64,000 nucleotides of DNA from Raillietiella orientalis. Taxonomy: Eukaryota. The position numbers and the translations under genes were made by a program. Within the stretch, counting starts at the first letter, position 1, and every line of letters begins with the position of its first letter. Of this stretch, positions 24,085-36,910 are shown in pieces. A model generated the notes under the pieces. It had not been told where the DNA came from and made no database searches. It worked only from the letters and a program-made list of their open reading frames with translations. Where the stretch lies: positions 4,092,001 through 4,156,000 of the forward strand of contig JAYWIR010000002.1 of the NCBI GenBank assembly GCA_036172245.1, written 5' to 3'.

Positions 24085-24894
24085 GGGGAACTGGAAGGGA
24101 AGACTAAAGAACCGTTCCCGCCTGGGGGCTCACGAAGCTCTTGGACTCCACCCGAGACCACCACCTGAAGCTGCGTCGATTCTTCGCGTTGCAGGGACCG
24201 ACCCGGAGGGAGGACCACCCTGTGCTGTGAATCCAGGAAAGACTCTGGAGGAAGGAGCTCCTTTCTCACGCTTGGGAGGGAGTCCCGAAAGAGACCTCTG
24301 CCTTGTTCTTTCCGGAGGGACCATTGGAGTGGTCCACTCCTCGTTCCTTTTCCGAAGGAAACCCGGAAAGGTTCCGCTCCGGGAATTTCTTATCTGGAGG
24401 GACTACCCGGAATGGATCCGATCCCTGTTTCCTACTTCTCTGAAGAAAACCCGGAAGGGACACCTCTAGATTTCTCTAAGGAGCGCCTCTTGAAGGGAGC
24501 AGCGCACTTCTGGCACACTAAAGGGTCGACGTTTCGAGGGGGATACCAACCAGCTCCATGGTACCAGCGATGGAGGATTCCCCTCCTTGAGGGGTGGGGG
24601 CGCGCCTCTCTTTTCGTAACCCGAAAACCTCTTTGATGTCCTAGAAGGACCCCGGAAGGTCGACTTCCAATCCCGGCCACTCAACGGGGGGCATTCAGGG
24701 GTTTCCGGCTTCCACCAGTGCCAAGCCCGTAACTTACAGGCTCGACGCCCCAGTGCCATCCTGCTGCGAGGATTCGAATCCACAACGCACCCCCCGTTTT
24801 CGGCGTCGATCTCCGCGTGGAAATTCGAACCCGAGATGCTCGGTGCCGCGCGCGCAGAGAGACCACAGTAGCCGCGCGGCCGCCAACGTCGGCC
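24085..24894 (-). mobile_element. tRNA-headed SINE-like element, copy 2 (inverted)
   Basis: The minus strand reads GCGCGCGCGGCACCGAG...GGGTTCGAAT, GCAGGATGGC, CACTGG.GGAAGCC.GAAAC, GAGCTGGTTG.TA and GCTGCTCCCTTC, all shared in order with copy 1. Confidence 0.7.
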
Positions 24895-27859
24895 GGGGTT
24901 CTATAGGAACCCGGAAGGAGCAAGCCCCGGGAGGCGCCGTGAGGGCTCACGCTCATGCGTGGGGGTGAAACGCGTTGGGAGATGCTTCCCTGGTGCGCTA
25001 GGCAGCCCTCTGTGTGCGGGAGGAGGGGGGGGGAGCGGCCGCGACCATTTAGCCGATAAGCGACTCTTGGGTACACGTACGTCAACCAGGAGGGACTTTC
25101 CGAATGGGGAGGGAATCGAGGAGAGGGGAGGGATCTCCCCACCCGCGGCCCAATCGCCTCCGTGCGCCGACCAGCTTGTGGGGCTGGCAGCTTTGGGCCA
25201 GAGCGCTGCGGCGTCCCCGGACGACGAGGGGATCTTCCCTCACCTCGCACCCGTCCAACGAAGCGCGTGACTGCGCGAGGAAAGGTCAACTTCCGGGCCT
25301 CCGTAGTCCCCCGAGCGATGCCCTTTTTTCCGCGCGTTTTTTTTTCCCCGCGGTTTCCGAGAGACCGAAGGAGGGTCTTGCTGGGAATCTCCCAAGGCGC
25401 TTCGTCCCCCGGAGGGCACAAAGCGGGACGGAGGGGGAGACGGAACTCTCCCAGCTGCCTCAGTGCCAGTCCACCCCTGACTCTTCCTTGCCTCATCAGA
25501 GTCCTTTACTCTTCTTCGCACCCTCCTCTTGCGGAGCCCGAAATCCCGGGTACTGCAGAAAGGGGGGGAGGGAAGGGTAACGAGGCGTCGCCTCTCCTAC
25601 CCTCAGGAAAGTGCCCGAAGGTGGGATCGGCGTCCGTTGGCGCTGAGAAGGTGGTGGAAGGCTGAGCGCTCCCGGGAGCGGTGTGAGGGAATCGGAAAAC
25701 AACGGGACCTCCTTACTCCGATTCCACGTAAGAAGAAAGTTTTCTCCCCCCCCCCCCACACGTGATCGCCGCCGCCGGCCCCACGGGTTCACAACAGAAC
25801 GAGAGATGCCAACTCGAAAATCGCTGGAGGAACCAACCCCACGGCGTCGTGAACCTCCTGATCAGGAGGTCCTTTTCCTCCTTCTTTCTCTTTTTCTTCT
25901 CCCGCATCTCCCCCCTTCCCTCTGCTCCCCTTGCCCCTCCGCCCTTTCCCCCTGCCCTGTCGCGCCCCTACGGCCCAGCCGCATTCCTCGCGCGTCTCGT
26001 AGGAAGGCCTGAGGATATGCCTCCCGCGTTCCGTGACCCCCGAAGTCATCTGATCTGCCGACCTCTCCTCCTCTACGAGCCACTTCGGGAAGGGAGAGGC
26101 GTGGATACGTCCAAGTCCCCTCACCCTACGATCCATAGGTTTCCTCTTCCTCATTGATTTCCGGAGACGTCGGCGCGCAACCAAGCCGATCTCACTCGCT
26201 TCGCCTGCTGCCTGCTTGATGCTGGTGGTGAGGGGGGGATCTGTGGGCGTGTCCGTACGACCGAGTTTGCGTCCTTATGCCTGGGGCGATCCAGAACTCC
26301 ACCAAGGACGTCGGACGGACTGAACACGCCGGAAGAGCTCGCGATCCCTTCCAAGAGAGGAAGCGGACAGCTCTCCCGCTGGAACGTGCGCGCCTTCCAG
26401 AGCGCCGGGTTCCGGAGGGTCGCGGGAGACGGCAGCCGTTTGACTGCTATGGTCACCGGTCTGTACTGCTGCGTTTTCCCCCCTGCCCCACCCGCGTGCT
26501 CGGGCGCAGAAAGGCAATTCGGGAGAAGCGGTCCTCGTGGTTCGCGGATGCGTGAGGATGATGCACGCGCTGTGCGCGCACCGTCTCCGCCGCGCGACCG
26601 GAGGTGCGAACGCGAGCCCGAGACCAGCCAGAGCGCGTGGGCGCCACTCTGAGTGACGGGTTCTTCCGGTCACTCGTGCCTGCGGCGGCGGCAGCAGCAC
26701 TCGCTCGTCCGCGTCGGATGTCGCCGTTTCCAGTTATTCCGGTTCCCCACGCACCCCCCGCAGCACTCGCGCCGCGGCGCATCGTCTCCCGGCATGGCAT
26801 TCCAGGGTTACCAGGTTCGATCGGAGCATTTGTCACTGCCGAACGATTGATTGTTTCTTCCCGATCCTCCCGGCAAACTTTCCCATCGACCTTCAGCGCG
26901 TTTGCTCCAGCAGCCGGATGCTCATTCCGTCCCGCCTGCAGAACGCGAGATGATAGCCTGGAAAATCTCGGAGTGCCTGAGATCGCGCGTCTCCGGAGAG
27001 AAACCTCTTCTTCTTCCCCCCTCCCCCTCCTCCTCCGAAGGGTAGAGTGGGGGAGAGGGGGAGGGAGAAGGGATGTGGTTTCCGCAAAAGACACGATGGA
27101 GACGAAGCGAAAGATACATTAAGATGCGGATGGAACTGATTAGTAGGGAGGGAGCCGTGGCTTAAAAGTTCCAAAAATAGAAAACGAAAAGCATCTGCGG
27201 TTCCCGGAGAAGCAAAAAGTGCGGGATCCTGAGCGAAGGGAATGGAACGACGGGGAAATTAATGGACGTGTCGATCAGGAACGGGAAACAACGAAAATTT
27301 CGTAAGCCCGGGATCGGATGGGAGCAGCCGGGACGTGCAGCGGGCGCCCAAATCCCGACGAACGTCTTGCGTGCGCCCGCTGCTGCCTCCCTCCCGGCGG
27401 CGTGAAGGCCGCGGCGACCGACCCACCTCGCGAAGGTCGGGGAGGCGCGGAAGGGAGCAACGGGGGGGGGAGGAACCCTGCAATCCTCCGGGAAGCGCCC
27501 AGAGAGGACGGGGAAACGAGGGGAGGGGGTCGCAGCTCCAGGAGCACGTGCGAGGGGATTCCGATGAAAGTGACCAGGGCAGGGAGGCGCGCGCGAGGAC
27601 GCCTTTGCAGAGGACCCGGGAGAGGACCGGGAAGAGAAAGAGCCGGATAGGGAAAATCGAGGGGACTGGGGAAAAGCGTCTGCGATACGGCGGACACCAC
27701 GCCGACCCGAGTTCCCATGGATGCCAGCGCTCCCATGGGAGGTCCCTTCGCGTGCGCATTCCACGAAGAGTCGGAGACGACCTGGAGCACCGCGGAAGCG
27801 GGACAAGAGCGAGGGTGAAGAGGAAAGACCATAGAGGCTTCTCCTCCCTGTCCTCATCC

Positions 27860-28640
27860 TTCTCACGGCGGAAACGAATCGAAGATGTCCGTTTCCACCA
27901 TTGGGAAGGTTGCTGTGGCAGCCGTGGCTCGCTGCCACCTTTTGCCGAACGATCTTTTTCCCGGTGCCGAGCACCTGTCACTGCGCACGGGAGGGGACCG
28001 CGACGCTCGTGCGGGTCGTCACCGGAGTCCACGGGTTCTATGTGCGCACCCAAGGGGTGTTCGGGTGGCGCCCCGCTCGCAGCGCCCTGGCCGGTGATGC
28101 CTCCAAACGATCGGCTCCTCGAGCAGCGCCTCTCGCTTCCGATGCACCAGCCAAAAGGAAAGGGTTTGGAGGAAACACTGCTGGTGAGCATTCGTCGATG
28201 GGTTCCTCCCCGGCCCCATCCTGTGACCCTCTCTTCGCCTCCACTTCCATCACTGCCTCCCCTCCCCCCACATCCTCTTGCAGAGATGGTGCGACGCCAG
28301 CATCCGGCGGTGGTTCAGCGCGGCACCTGCCAAGGGAGGCGCATCGATCCCCACCGTCCATTCGGGGAGACTTCGCAGCTAAAAGACCGGAATTTGCGTC
28401 GGAGAGGAACGCAGGGGAACCACTGGACCTCCTCGGAGTCTGCACAAGAGCGTCCTGTGGAGCTGGCAGGACGGGGACGGGAGGGGTGCCTCCTCTTCCC
28501 TTCCTTGTCTCCCGCTTCGAGGCTGCAGAACCGCCGCCGGCCTCTTGCCAACGAGTAGGAGTGGAAGAGTACTGCCTGAAGGAAGGGAGGGTTTCCTTCG
28601 CTATTAGGGGTTCGGGGCGTCGTACTGAGGAGCGCTGACA
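27860..28640 (-). mobile_element. Decayed RTE-like LINE 3' fragment
   Basis: FLLAGASEARGAARGADRLEAS (cf. LLYGSETW...RLEAF), RKFRSFSCEVSPNG (cf. FxYLGSxIxxxG) and EPRLPQQP (cf. RLPKQ). Confidence 0.55.
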
Positions 28641-29083
28641 CACGTTACCTGCCATTCAGGGCGAAAGGGAAGGGGGGAAGGAAGAGGAAACAATGCCTCA
28701 AGACGCGTTTCCTTCTCCCCATCCCCGTCCACCCTTCGCGTCCGTCGTGCCACCCTCGCTTCTGAACCCGAAGGAAAAGACCTGGCTGGCCCCTTCTCCT
28801 TCCCCTTTCGTATCGGGTGCACAGTAGGCGGCTCCGGCACTCGGCTGCATGCGCATGGCGACTATCGAGGAATGGAAGGCAGGACGAGGCGAAAGGGGGA
28901 AAGGGGTCGAACAGAGGTTCCCGTCGCTCCCCTTTTGACAGACGTCCCCTCCCAGAGGAACAGAACACACACCCTTTCTTGTTTTCGGGGAACTGCCCCT
29001 GCCGCCGCGGAGGAGCGGAAGACGGCTCTTCTTCCTCTTCTTCGACGCGGCCTCTACGCGTCTGACCGACGGTCTTCTTCCAG

Positions 29084-29363
29084 GTGTTCCAGAGGCTGGA
29101 GTACTTAGGAGAGAAGGAGACCCAGAGGGAGATCCGCGCCAACCTGGCCAAGGGGAGGTCGAGCCTGGCGTCCATGTACTCCAACTGCTCCTCCTCGGAC
29201 GACTACGAGCAGACCGACCTCTTCCTGATGCGCCTCAGGAACTACGAGCTGCTGCTGCACAATGCTATGTCCAGGGGCATCGTCCCCTGGGACGAGGAGT
29301 CCGGCTACCACTGGAACTACATGCAAGCCGTCTTCTTCGCCTCCACGGTGCTGACCACTATAG
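29084..29363 (+). CDS. K2P potassium channel, coding exon 2 (extracellular cap and first pore helix)
   Basis: Branch-like CTGAC at 29062 and acceptor ttcttccag|GTG. Encodes VFQRLE...SNCS...WNYMQAVFFASTVLTTIG. The donor G|GTGAGG (phase 1) splits the TIG^YG filter codon, the conserved K2P intron position. Confidence 0.95.
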
Positions 29364-29784
29364 GTGAGGGTGGCGCGCGCCGGTGACCCCTCCACTCCAC
29401 TCCCCCCACTTCCTCTCTCCGCCTGCTTGCCCCTCCCTGGCGCGGCGCGGGAAACAGGGCGGGAACGTCCCTCGCTCCTCCCAGTGCAGCCCGGGAGGAG
29501 CGAAAGCACCCCCTTCGCCTGAACCCGAGACCGCGAAGGCGTTGACTCCCCTCCGTGGGACTCCCTCCCGAGGGATTTGCGTCGAGGTGCCTTCGGTTCT
29601 GGAGAAAGGAAGAGCAGGCGAAGAGGAAGGAGGAAGAGGAAGGATCGGTTTTCCTGGCGGTTTATCCCGATGGCGCCGTGGCTGCTTTCGAGCCCCGTGG
29701 GAGAACGGAAGGAGGGGCACTGCGGTTAGAGGCCTTTGCCGCCCCACGCCTCCCGCACGGCCGGTGGTATTCCTGGGGCTACTC

Positions 29785-30045
29785 TAAGGACGTCTTCGGT
29801 CCGTTCCCACCGTGGGAAGGTTGCTATGGCAGCCGAGGCTCCCTGCCATCTCTCACCCAGCGATCGTTTTCCCGGTGCCCGAGTGCCCGCCCCTAGCAGG
29901 AATGGAGGACGGTGACGCTCCCGCGTGTTCGGCGAAGCGCACGGGTCCGATGAGCGCACCCGAGGGGCGTTGGGGTGGCGCCTCCAAACGATCGGCCTCG
30001 CGCGGCATGAAGTCCCGGTTTGCCGGCTCTTCCCTTACTCTCCTG
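29785..30045 (-). mobile_element. Decayed RTE-like LINE 3' fragment, same family as 27880-28140
   Basis: Shares TGGGAAGGTTGCT.TGGCAGCCG.GGCTC.CTGCCA, TTTTCCCGGTGCC and GCCTCCAAACGATCGGC with the upstream copy. Confidence 0.6.
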
Positions 30046-33000
30046 GGGGGAACGTTCCCTCATCCGGGCAGCACAGTGCAATGCGTCCGCGCCGCTGCTA
30101 CTGCGCGCAGGCGTGAAGGACGCACCGTCGGGGACTCGCCTTCCGATCGGGCCGCCGACGGCCCGCGGAGAGGAGCCACTCTCTCTCCGCGTCGCATCAC
30201 TCGATTGCCCGCCCGCTCACAAGCGGACGGGAGAGGCGCATGAGGAAGCGGGCGACACGCGTCCGGCCAAGAGCGCGAAGCACGTACAGGAAAGCGATGC
30301 GCACCCGCATGACTCCGCGAGAGACGGCGGAGTCGCGCTCGCTCGGGTAAGGGGAACAGTGAGGAGCGCGCGCCGCCGCATCCGCGCTTGCGCAAACCTC
30401 TTGTTGGCGCAGCAGCTCGGCGGGGGAGGTTTCAAGCGGGGTCCGCCGGAGTTGGCGATCCCGAGGGCGGTTTCGCGTGCCACCCACGCGGACGGGCGCC
30501 GCCTCTTTCCGATAGGGGCGGGACCCTGTCGAGAGGGCTGAGCGCTTCGCCCTCAGGGAGAAAGGAGAGGATGTGTCGTCTCGTCTCTTCTCCCCTCATC
30601 GCCTCGGGGAGTCGCCGTTCTCTCCTGGTGGCTCGCCGCGCCCTTCTCTCTCGGAGGCCGTCCGTCACCGGTCCCTTGGCCTCTTCTACCCCCCACGTCC
30701 CATTCCCCTTACTCCCAGAGAGCTCGGCGGTCCTCTCTCCAGGCGACGAACCCGCGCGACTCCAGATGGGTGCGTGGCTGTCTCACGGCGCCTGCCGGAA
30801 GCCGGGGTGACACGGCGGGACGCGGGAAAATGGGAATGTTGAGGGATGAGGGCTCGAAATCCTCTTGCCAAGTTGCCCGGGGCACCTGGCAGCCGCTTCC
30901 CTCGCTGCGCGCGCGAGCGGGCGGAAGGCCGCCTCCTCGTCCCTGGCGACGCTTTCCCGTCCCGAGAAAAAAGTGCCGGAAAATTCTCGATCCCGAGAGA
31001 AGCAACAACAACGACGACTAAAAAAAGAAAAAAGGAAAACAAGGGGGGGCGGGGGAAGGGGGGGGACAGTGCAATCCCTCTATCCGCGTGGGAACGCGAA
31101 AGTGTGCGCGCACGCGCTGACGTCACTTTTCCTGGAAGGGGACGGACGGATTTGAAGCGGAATCTTCTTTCCTCCCGGGGACGAGAAGAAGATTCCGGAC
31201 TGGAGCTCATGTCCTCTCGCGGCAACCGCGAAGTTTGCCGTCTCCTACCGAGCTGCATCTCCGGGTGCCCTCCCTGCCTGTCTTCCGGGAGGAAAGGGGG
31301 CGGGGGAGAGAGCGAAGTTTCGCTCTCAGGAGAGGGAACCGGCTGTTCTACGGCTTGCCCGGTTTTCATCCCGGAGCGAGAGGGAGAGGGTGAAGTGGGA
31401 GCAGTGAGGGCAGCGTCAGCTCGCGCAGATTATCGAAGGAGGAGGTTCCCGTCTGCCTCCCATCGATCTGCACGCGCACATGGCGCTCCAGCGCGTTAGC
31501 TGTGCGTTCGGAGGGGAAGAGGGAGAGGGTGGCGGATTTGATCCTCGCCCACCCACCTGCCGCCTCGCCCGAGCGTTTTCCCGCCTCGCACAGCTCCCCC
31601 GGCGCCGTCGCATCTGCCGCCTGCCTCCCCTCCCTCCTCCCGTTCCGCTCTCCCCCTCCAGGCGCCCTCCTGCGAGGCCACACCCTTCGTTCCTCTGCAG
31701 GGCCTCGGCGCTTCCCGGCATCGCTCCGCCGCGGACGTGGCGCCGCCACGTCGGATGCTTCGTCACTGCCGCGTCCGAAGACGGGGGCGCGCACTCCGCT
31801 CTCGCATTCGATCTTCCTGGACTAGCCGGCGAAGGATGCGTCCCCTCCTGCGCGTGACTCCAAGAAGCAGCTCTCGCAGGACCCATGAACGTCCAGCAGG
31901 ACCGCCTCGGCCGCAGACCCCGTCTCCCTGCGCTTCCTCGTTCTTCTTAGGCACTGGAGGCCCCCTTCCCCATGAACTGCCGACGATCCCTTTCGTGATC
32001 CTCGCGGACCGGTCGGTGAGGCCGAGAAGCTCGTAAGGTTCCCTCTGCTAGTACTGCGCGACCGGAGAAGCAAGGGGAAGGGGCGGGGGAAGGCGCCAGG
32101 TCAGCTTGATGACGATGACTCGTTGCGACCCTTCGGGCTCTTCGGCTGCGACAGCAGCAGCAGCTGCTGCGCCTCTGGGTGGAGTGGGTGTGGTCCCAGA
32201 CCAACTGTCTCTCTTCCGTGCCGCTCCTCATCCCAATGATGGAGCAGCGAACGAGAAGACGCGGATGACTGCATGGGCAGCGAAGTTTCACTACCCGGAA
32301 GTGATGGATGCGAATTCCGGTCTTCCCCCTCCCCTCCTCCTTCCTTCCTGGAGGAAGGGAAGGAAGACGGAAGCTGTTGAGAATCACCAAGAGAGAATGG
32401 GACGGCACGGTGGAGCACGATTCGTGTACAGTGCAGTTCGGTACAGTTGATACGGTGGTGGCAATGGCAACCGCAGAGGTAGCGCTTGCTCCCCGGGGTG
32501 CGCGTGGTCTGCTGCCTTCGCGTTGATGCCTGGAGGCACACCGCTCGATTCTTCGCCTAGCGGCGGCAACCATGCTGGAAGATCGCCCCCGGATGCCCAT
32601 CACCCGAGATGAACCTCTCCCTTGAGGTGACTGACAGGGAGGGAAAGCCTTTGCGCAGGAGCGGGGACGTAGTGGTTCCCATTACTCATTCGCCCCCCTC
32701 CCCGTTTCCCTTCTCTTATCCTGGGAGCTGCCGAGGGAAGCGGCGGTCCTAGGAAGGAGGTCGGGACGGAGTTGCGTCGGTGATTGCCCTGCGCTCGCTC
32801 GCGACCCATCTCGCGCGCGGTCGAGCGGGGCGAGGTGCGAGTGGGGGCAGCGGGCGCCGTCGCTTGGCGGTATAGAAAGCTCCCGTGCCCCGTCGTCGAC
32901 CACGCCGCGCGCGGGGGAGGGACACCCGGGCAGTGGCAGGCTTCCCGATACGCTTGTCAGATGCGAGATCGGGAGGAGGAGGAGGAGACTGGCGCACTTT

Positions 33001-34589
33001 TCCCAACTACGGCTGGGAGGCGGCGGCTGGAAGCAAAGAACGCCTCAAGCAGGACAGGAGTAGAGAGCAGACGTCATCTGCTCTCCGAGGCAGATCCAGA
33101 GGCTACGGTGGACGGTTCCTCCCTGGAGCGTCCCCGGTCGTCCCTGAGAGCCGCTCCTCCCGTGAGAAACGCTTCGTCGCGGAAAGCTCCTTAAAGAAAG
33201 TGTGTGAGTGAGGGGGTTCCCTCCCTCGTCACAACCATTCGCGATATTCTGGAGGTAGATACCTGCCGCTGAAGGATGCTGGGGAACGCAGATGGGCCGA
33301 ACCTCCTCAGCGCGCGGTAATTTTTTTTTCTTCAAGAGCCCCCGGCTGTGTGGCGGTTCAGGGTGACCTTCCTTTCGCCTATGGAAAAGGGTGCCGCCTT
33401 CCACAGGGAGAGAGGAGGGGAAGGAACATTGGTCCGAAACACCGCCTTTTCCCGGGAGTCTGTTCGGTTCCGCCTCCGGGACTCGTTCCGTCCGGGACCA
33501 GGAAGCCGAGACATCCTTCTCTCCTTCCTGTTCTCGTTGATTGCCTCCCGCAACCCTTCACACGTTCCTGGTGCCCCCCCCCCCCTCCCACCCCTCGAAC
33601 TTCGGATTTTTCGTGCGAACTCAGGGTCGGAGTAGCCTCGAACGTCGTGGCGGCAAGGAAGCCGAGGAAGCGATTGCCGTGGTGCGCGCAAGAGGGAGTC
33701 CCGAGGAATGCCTTCCTCCGGAGGAGCCTCCGCGGTCTCCGATGACGGCGTTCCTGGACCACACGTGCGATGGAGTCCCTTCGCGGGCGTGCCCTTCAGG
33801 AATGCCAAACCCCTGCGATCGAGGAAGCGGGGCTCCGGCGGCAGATCGGTGCTCTGCCTGCTTCACCTGGAAGGAACGCCTCTTTGCAGGTCCGAAGCCA
33901 CTCGCTCCGCCCACCTTCGCTCTCTTGAAGGAGTTGCAGGTGGTCGCTTCAACCTCCTGCAACTCTCTCCCTGCCCTTCGGTGACCCACCCATTTCGGAA
34001 CCAACGAAGGGGCGCGGTCCTCCTTTCGACGATGGGTTGCAGAACAGGCGTGCGCACGCATGATGATCTGGAAGAGGGAAAGGGGCGAGGAGGGGAACAA
34101 AGCGATCCTTTTCGGAGGCAGTCCGTCTTCCAGTTTCCCCCTCCCTTCCGTCCTTCGGCTTCCTTGTCTGCAGCAGCAGCCTTGCTCACAGCTCGTAGAA
34201 TCCTTTCGGACCCTCCGAAGGCGAAGTCACTGGCGGCGTGCACTGACCCTTTCGGTGCCGCCCCGTGACGTCGCTGGCAAAGCGGGAGGGTCACACTCCC
34301 GGAGCAACTGTTGATCGCGTGCTTCGGTCAGAGAGAACACCCGGAAAATGGGCTTCTCGCCGAATCCGATGCGCGTTTGCCCGGAAGACTGATTTCGCAC
34401 CGCTGCTTTGCATCGCCTGAGGCAACAGGGCAAGTCAGCGAAGATCCTCCGCGTCCGTTCGCGATCTTGGTGGCACGTTTACCAGAGGATTTCCGCTGCC
34501 GAGAGCATCTGGGATGGACAAACGGCAGGACGGGAGAGCAGAAGCGACCCTTCCCGGAAAACCATCTCCGCCTATGATGGCGCGCGCGC

Positions 34590-35100
34590 GCGCACGTAGA
34601 GAGATACGCGCCGCCTGTGGCAACAAGATTAAGGGGGGGAAGAGCAGCGAACCCTGAAATCCTCTCTCGCAAGTGCAAGAGATGAGTGCAAAGGACAAAG
34701 AAGTCTGCGACGAGGATCCTCGTGGAGGGAGAAGATGCTGGCTGGCCGTGGATCGCGAAAAACACCTTTGCTCGTTTCGGAGGTTTCGAGCATCTCTTCT
34801 CGACTAATGGGAGCTCGAGATAGCCACCGAGACGCCTTCTCCTTGAAGTCTGGACATGTTTCCTTACGACCATATGAAAGTAATTTCCCTGTGTATCAAG
34901 GGAGGGTAGAATCTCAGATTAAGGGTGCTTATTGGCTTAGGCGTTATTTCAGAAGCGAACGACGTCGCCTGCTTTCCGAGCTAAGGGTGCTGTATGAGGA
35001 ACTGCACGCACATAATCATCAAGAGTACTCGATGCGTGAAGCCAAGAGCATTCTGCACTACTGCGAGAGATTGGTCCCCCACGATTCCTGTTCTTGCAAG
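34590..35100 (+). mobile_element. Decayed CR1/L2-like LINE post-RT fragment
   Basis: QIKGAYWLRRYFRSERRRLLSELRVLYEELHAHNHQEYS resembles KAxxxLGxxxRxF...LYxxLVRPxLEY. Confidence 0.45.
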
Positions 35101-35879
35101 ATTGGGAATCCCAGCCTCCTTTTTCCCTCTATTTGCTTCCTCCCGAGTCCCCAGCGCACACCGTTCCTCATCTCACCGTCCCGCTTGTTTCACGAAGAGG
35201 GATTCCTTCCGGAGAGGAATCCACTTCTCTCTTGTCAAATTCCGGTTCGCCGCGACCTCTGGAAGCCATAGGTCGGACGCGAACCCGACTTCTCCTCTTG
35301 TTTCACTCTGCTCTTGTTGTCGTGGCGGCGACGACGGGCGCGAAGTGGCCCGGACGCTCCGGATCTCACTCGTCGCCCCCTTCCGCATCCCCTGCTCCTG
35401 TTGATGCCTCTGTCCTCTTCCTGCCACCAACGCACTCGCCGGCGCCCAAGCTGGGGAGCGCGCGAGATCCAGCAGGCAGCTGTAGCGCTCCTTTCCCTCT
35501 CGCCCCTGAGTTGAGGCGCTCGTCACCCTTTCTGTTTGCTCGCTCCATCGACCTCGGTCGCTCTCCGAGGTGGTCGGCGCTTAGCTGACCCTCTGTTACA
35601 GCTCCGGTCGTTAGCAAACAGAGAGCGTTTGCCGTCCCGGTTCCGGGATCGGGGAGACCTCATCAGAAATAGGTCTCCGCGTTGCGAAGTACCACCGACC
35701 CACGGAGAAAAAACTTCTCCCGCAGTCGGCGTAGCGGCCGTGACGCACGTGGGGGTACTCTTGTTTCCCAGTAGGGTCTCGGAACTGGGGCCGAGAACGC
35801 ATTTCGTCTGGTCTCGTCGCAACTTCCTGGTCGTGGAAAATTGCGTTTCCTCTTCGTGTTCTCCAGCCAGGGATGCTGT

Positions 35880-36910
35880 TTGCTGATCCGGCGGAAATCT
35901 GATTTACGAGGGTTTTCTCTAGATAAGGTAACTACCGTGTTGTTGGCGGCGTGAGCTCTTGGATCGCGCCCGTGGTGGTCGTAGCCGTGGGTAATCGCTT
36001 CCGGATGATCATCTGTGTCTCCTGAGACTCCGTCCAAGGCCTCTCCTTTACAGGATAGGGACTGCATCCGAATGGAACGCATGCTGCATCAGGTTATTTA
36101 TGCGTTCCCATGTTCCTTGAGATGCAGCATGACAGGCATCTGCCGGAATTCTGTTTCATTTATCATGGTGTGCTCATCACGTGGGAACGAGATCTGCTTC
36201 TGGCAAGGGGTTTGGTGAACTCTCTCGGCAAGAGCTTCACCTTCTGCTTCCTCCAATCTAGCGAAGTGCTTTATTGGTAAGCGGAACGGATCCTTCGGAT
36301 GGATCTCAGCTCTAGGAAGAGTCGGTCTGTTTGAACTTCCAGCAAAGTCTCCTCATCATCGTCCTCGACTCTGGTCCGTGCGGCTTTCCCATGCACTTGC
36401 CGGTTGTGCTGGCATGCTAACCCGCGATCGCTCTCTCGAGCCAGCCCTAGAGCTCTTTTCTTTCTTTCTTTCTTTTTTTCTCACGACGGTCCATCTGTAG
36501 TAGGGTGCTCAGATCCTCTCTCCTTTTCCTCACCTTCTCCATCTTTTACTGATTCTCACTGGAGCTCTCCGGGAACAAGAGAGCTCTCTAGATAGCAGCT
36601 TCACTGACGTCTGATCTTAACTCCAGGAGTTCAGCAAAACTTTTCAGCAAAATTGGACAGCTGAAAAATTCTACTACTACAATTCTCAATCACGTTCTCA
36701 TTCTCGAAATTTTCCATCTCATTGTTGAAGACTTGTGGAATTTTCATTGTTGGAGTGATATATTCTAATTCCGCTAAAGTGGAATTATCGATCTGAGTGG
36801 GAAAAGAAGCCGTGAGGGAAAGAAAGCGAGCAAGCCACAAATCTTCATGTTTGGCAACGCCCTTGCACACACTATTTGTCAAAGGTGGTGCCGGGTTTCC
36901 TCCATTCATA
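35880..36910 (-). mobile_element. Decayed DIRS-like RT/RNase H fragment in K2P intron 2
   Basis: EDLWLARFL...EMENFENENVIENC (RT N-terminus), SLDWRKQKVKLL, ADACHAASQGTWE (cf. TDAS...QGxW) and ANNTVV (cf. DNxTVV), in order. Confidence 0.45.

Noticed and set aside
32106..32450. Poly-Ala-containing ORF in intron 2 as an alternative K2P exon
   Set aside because: No convincing splice sites or similarity, and inclusion would split the TIG/YG selectivity filter.
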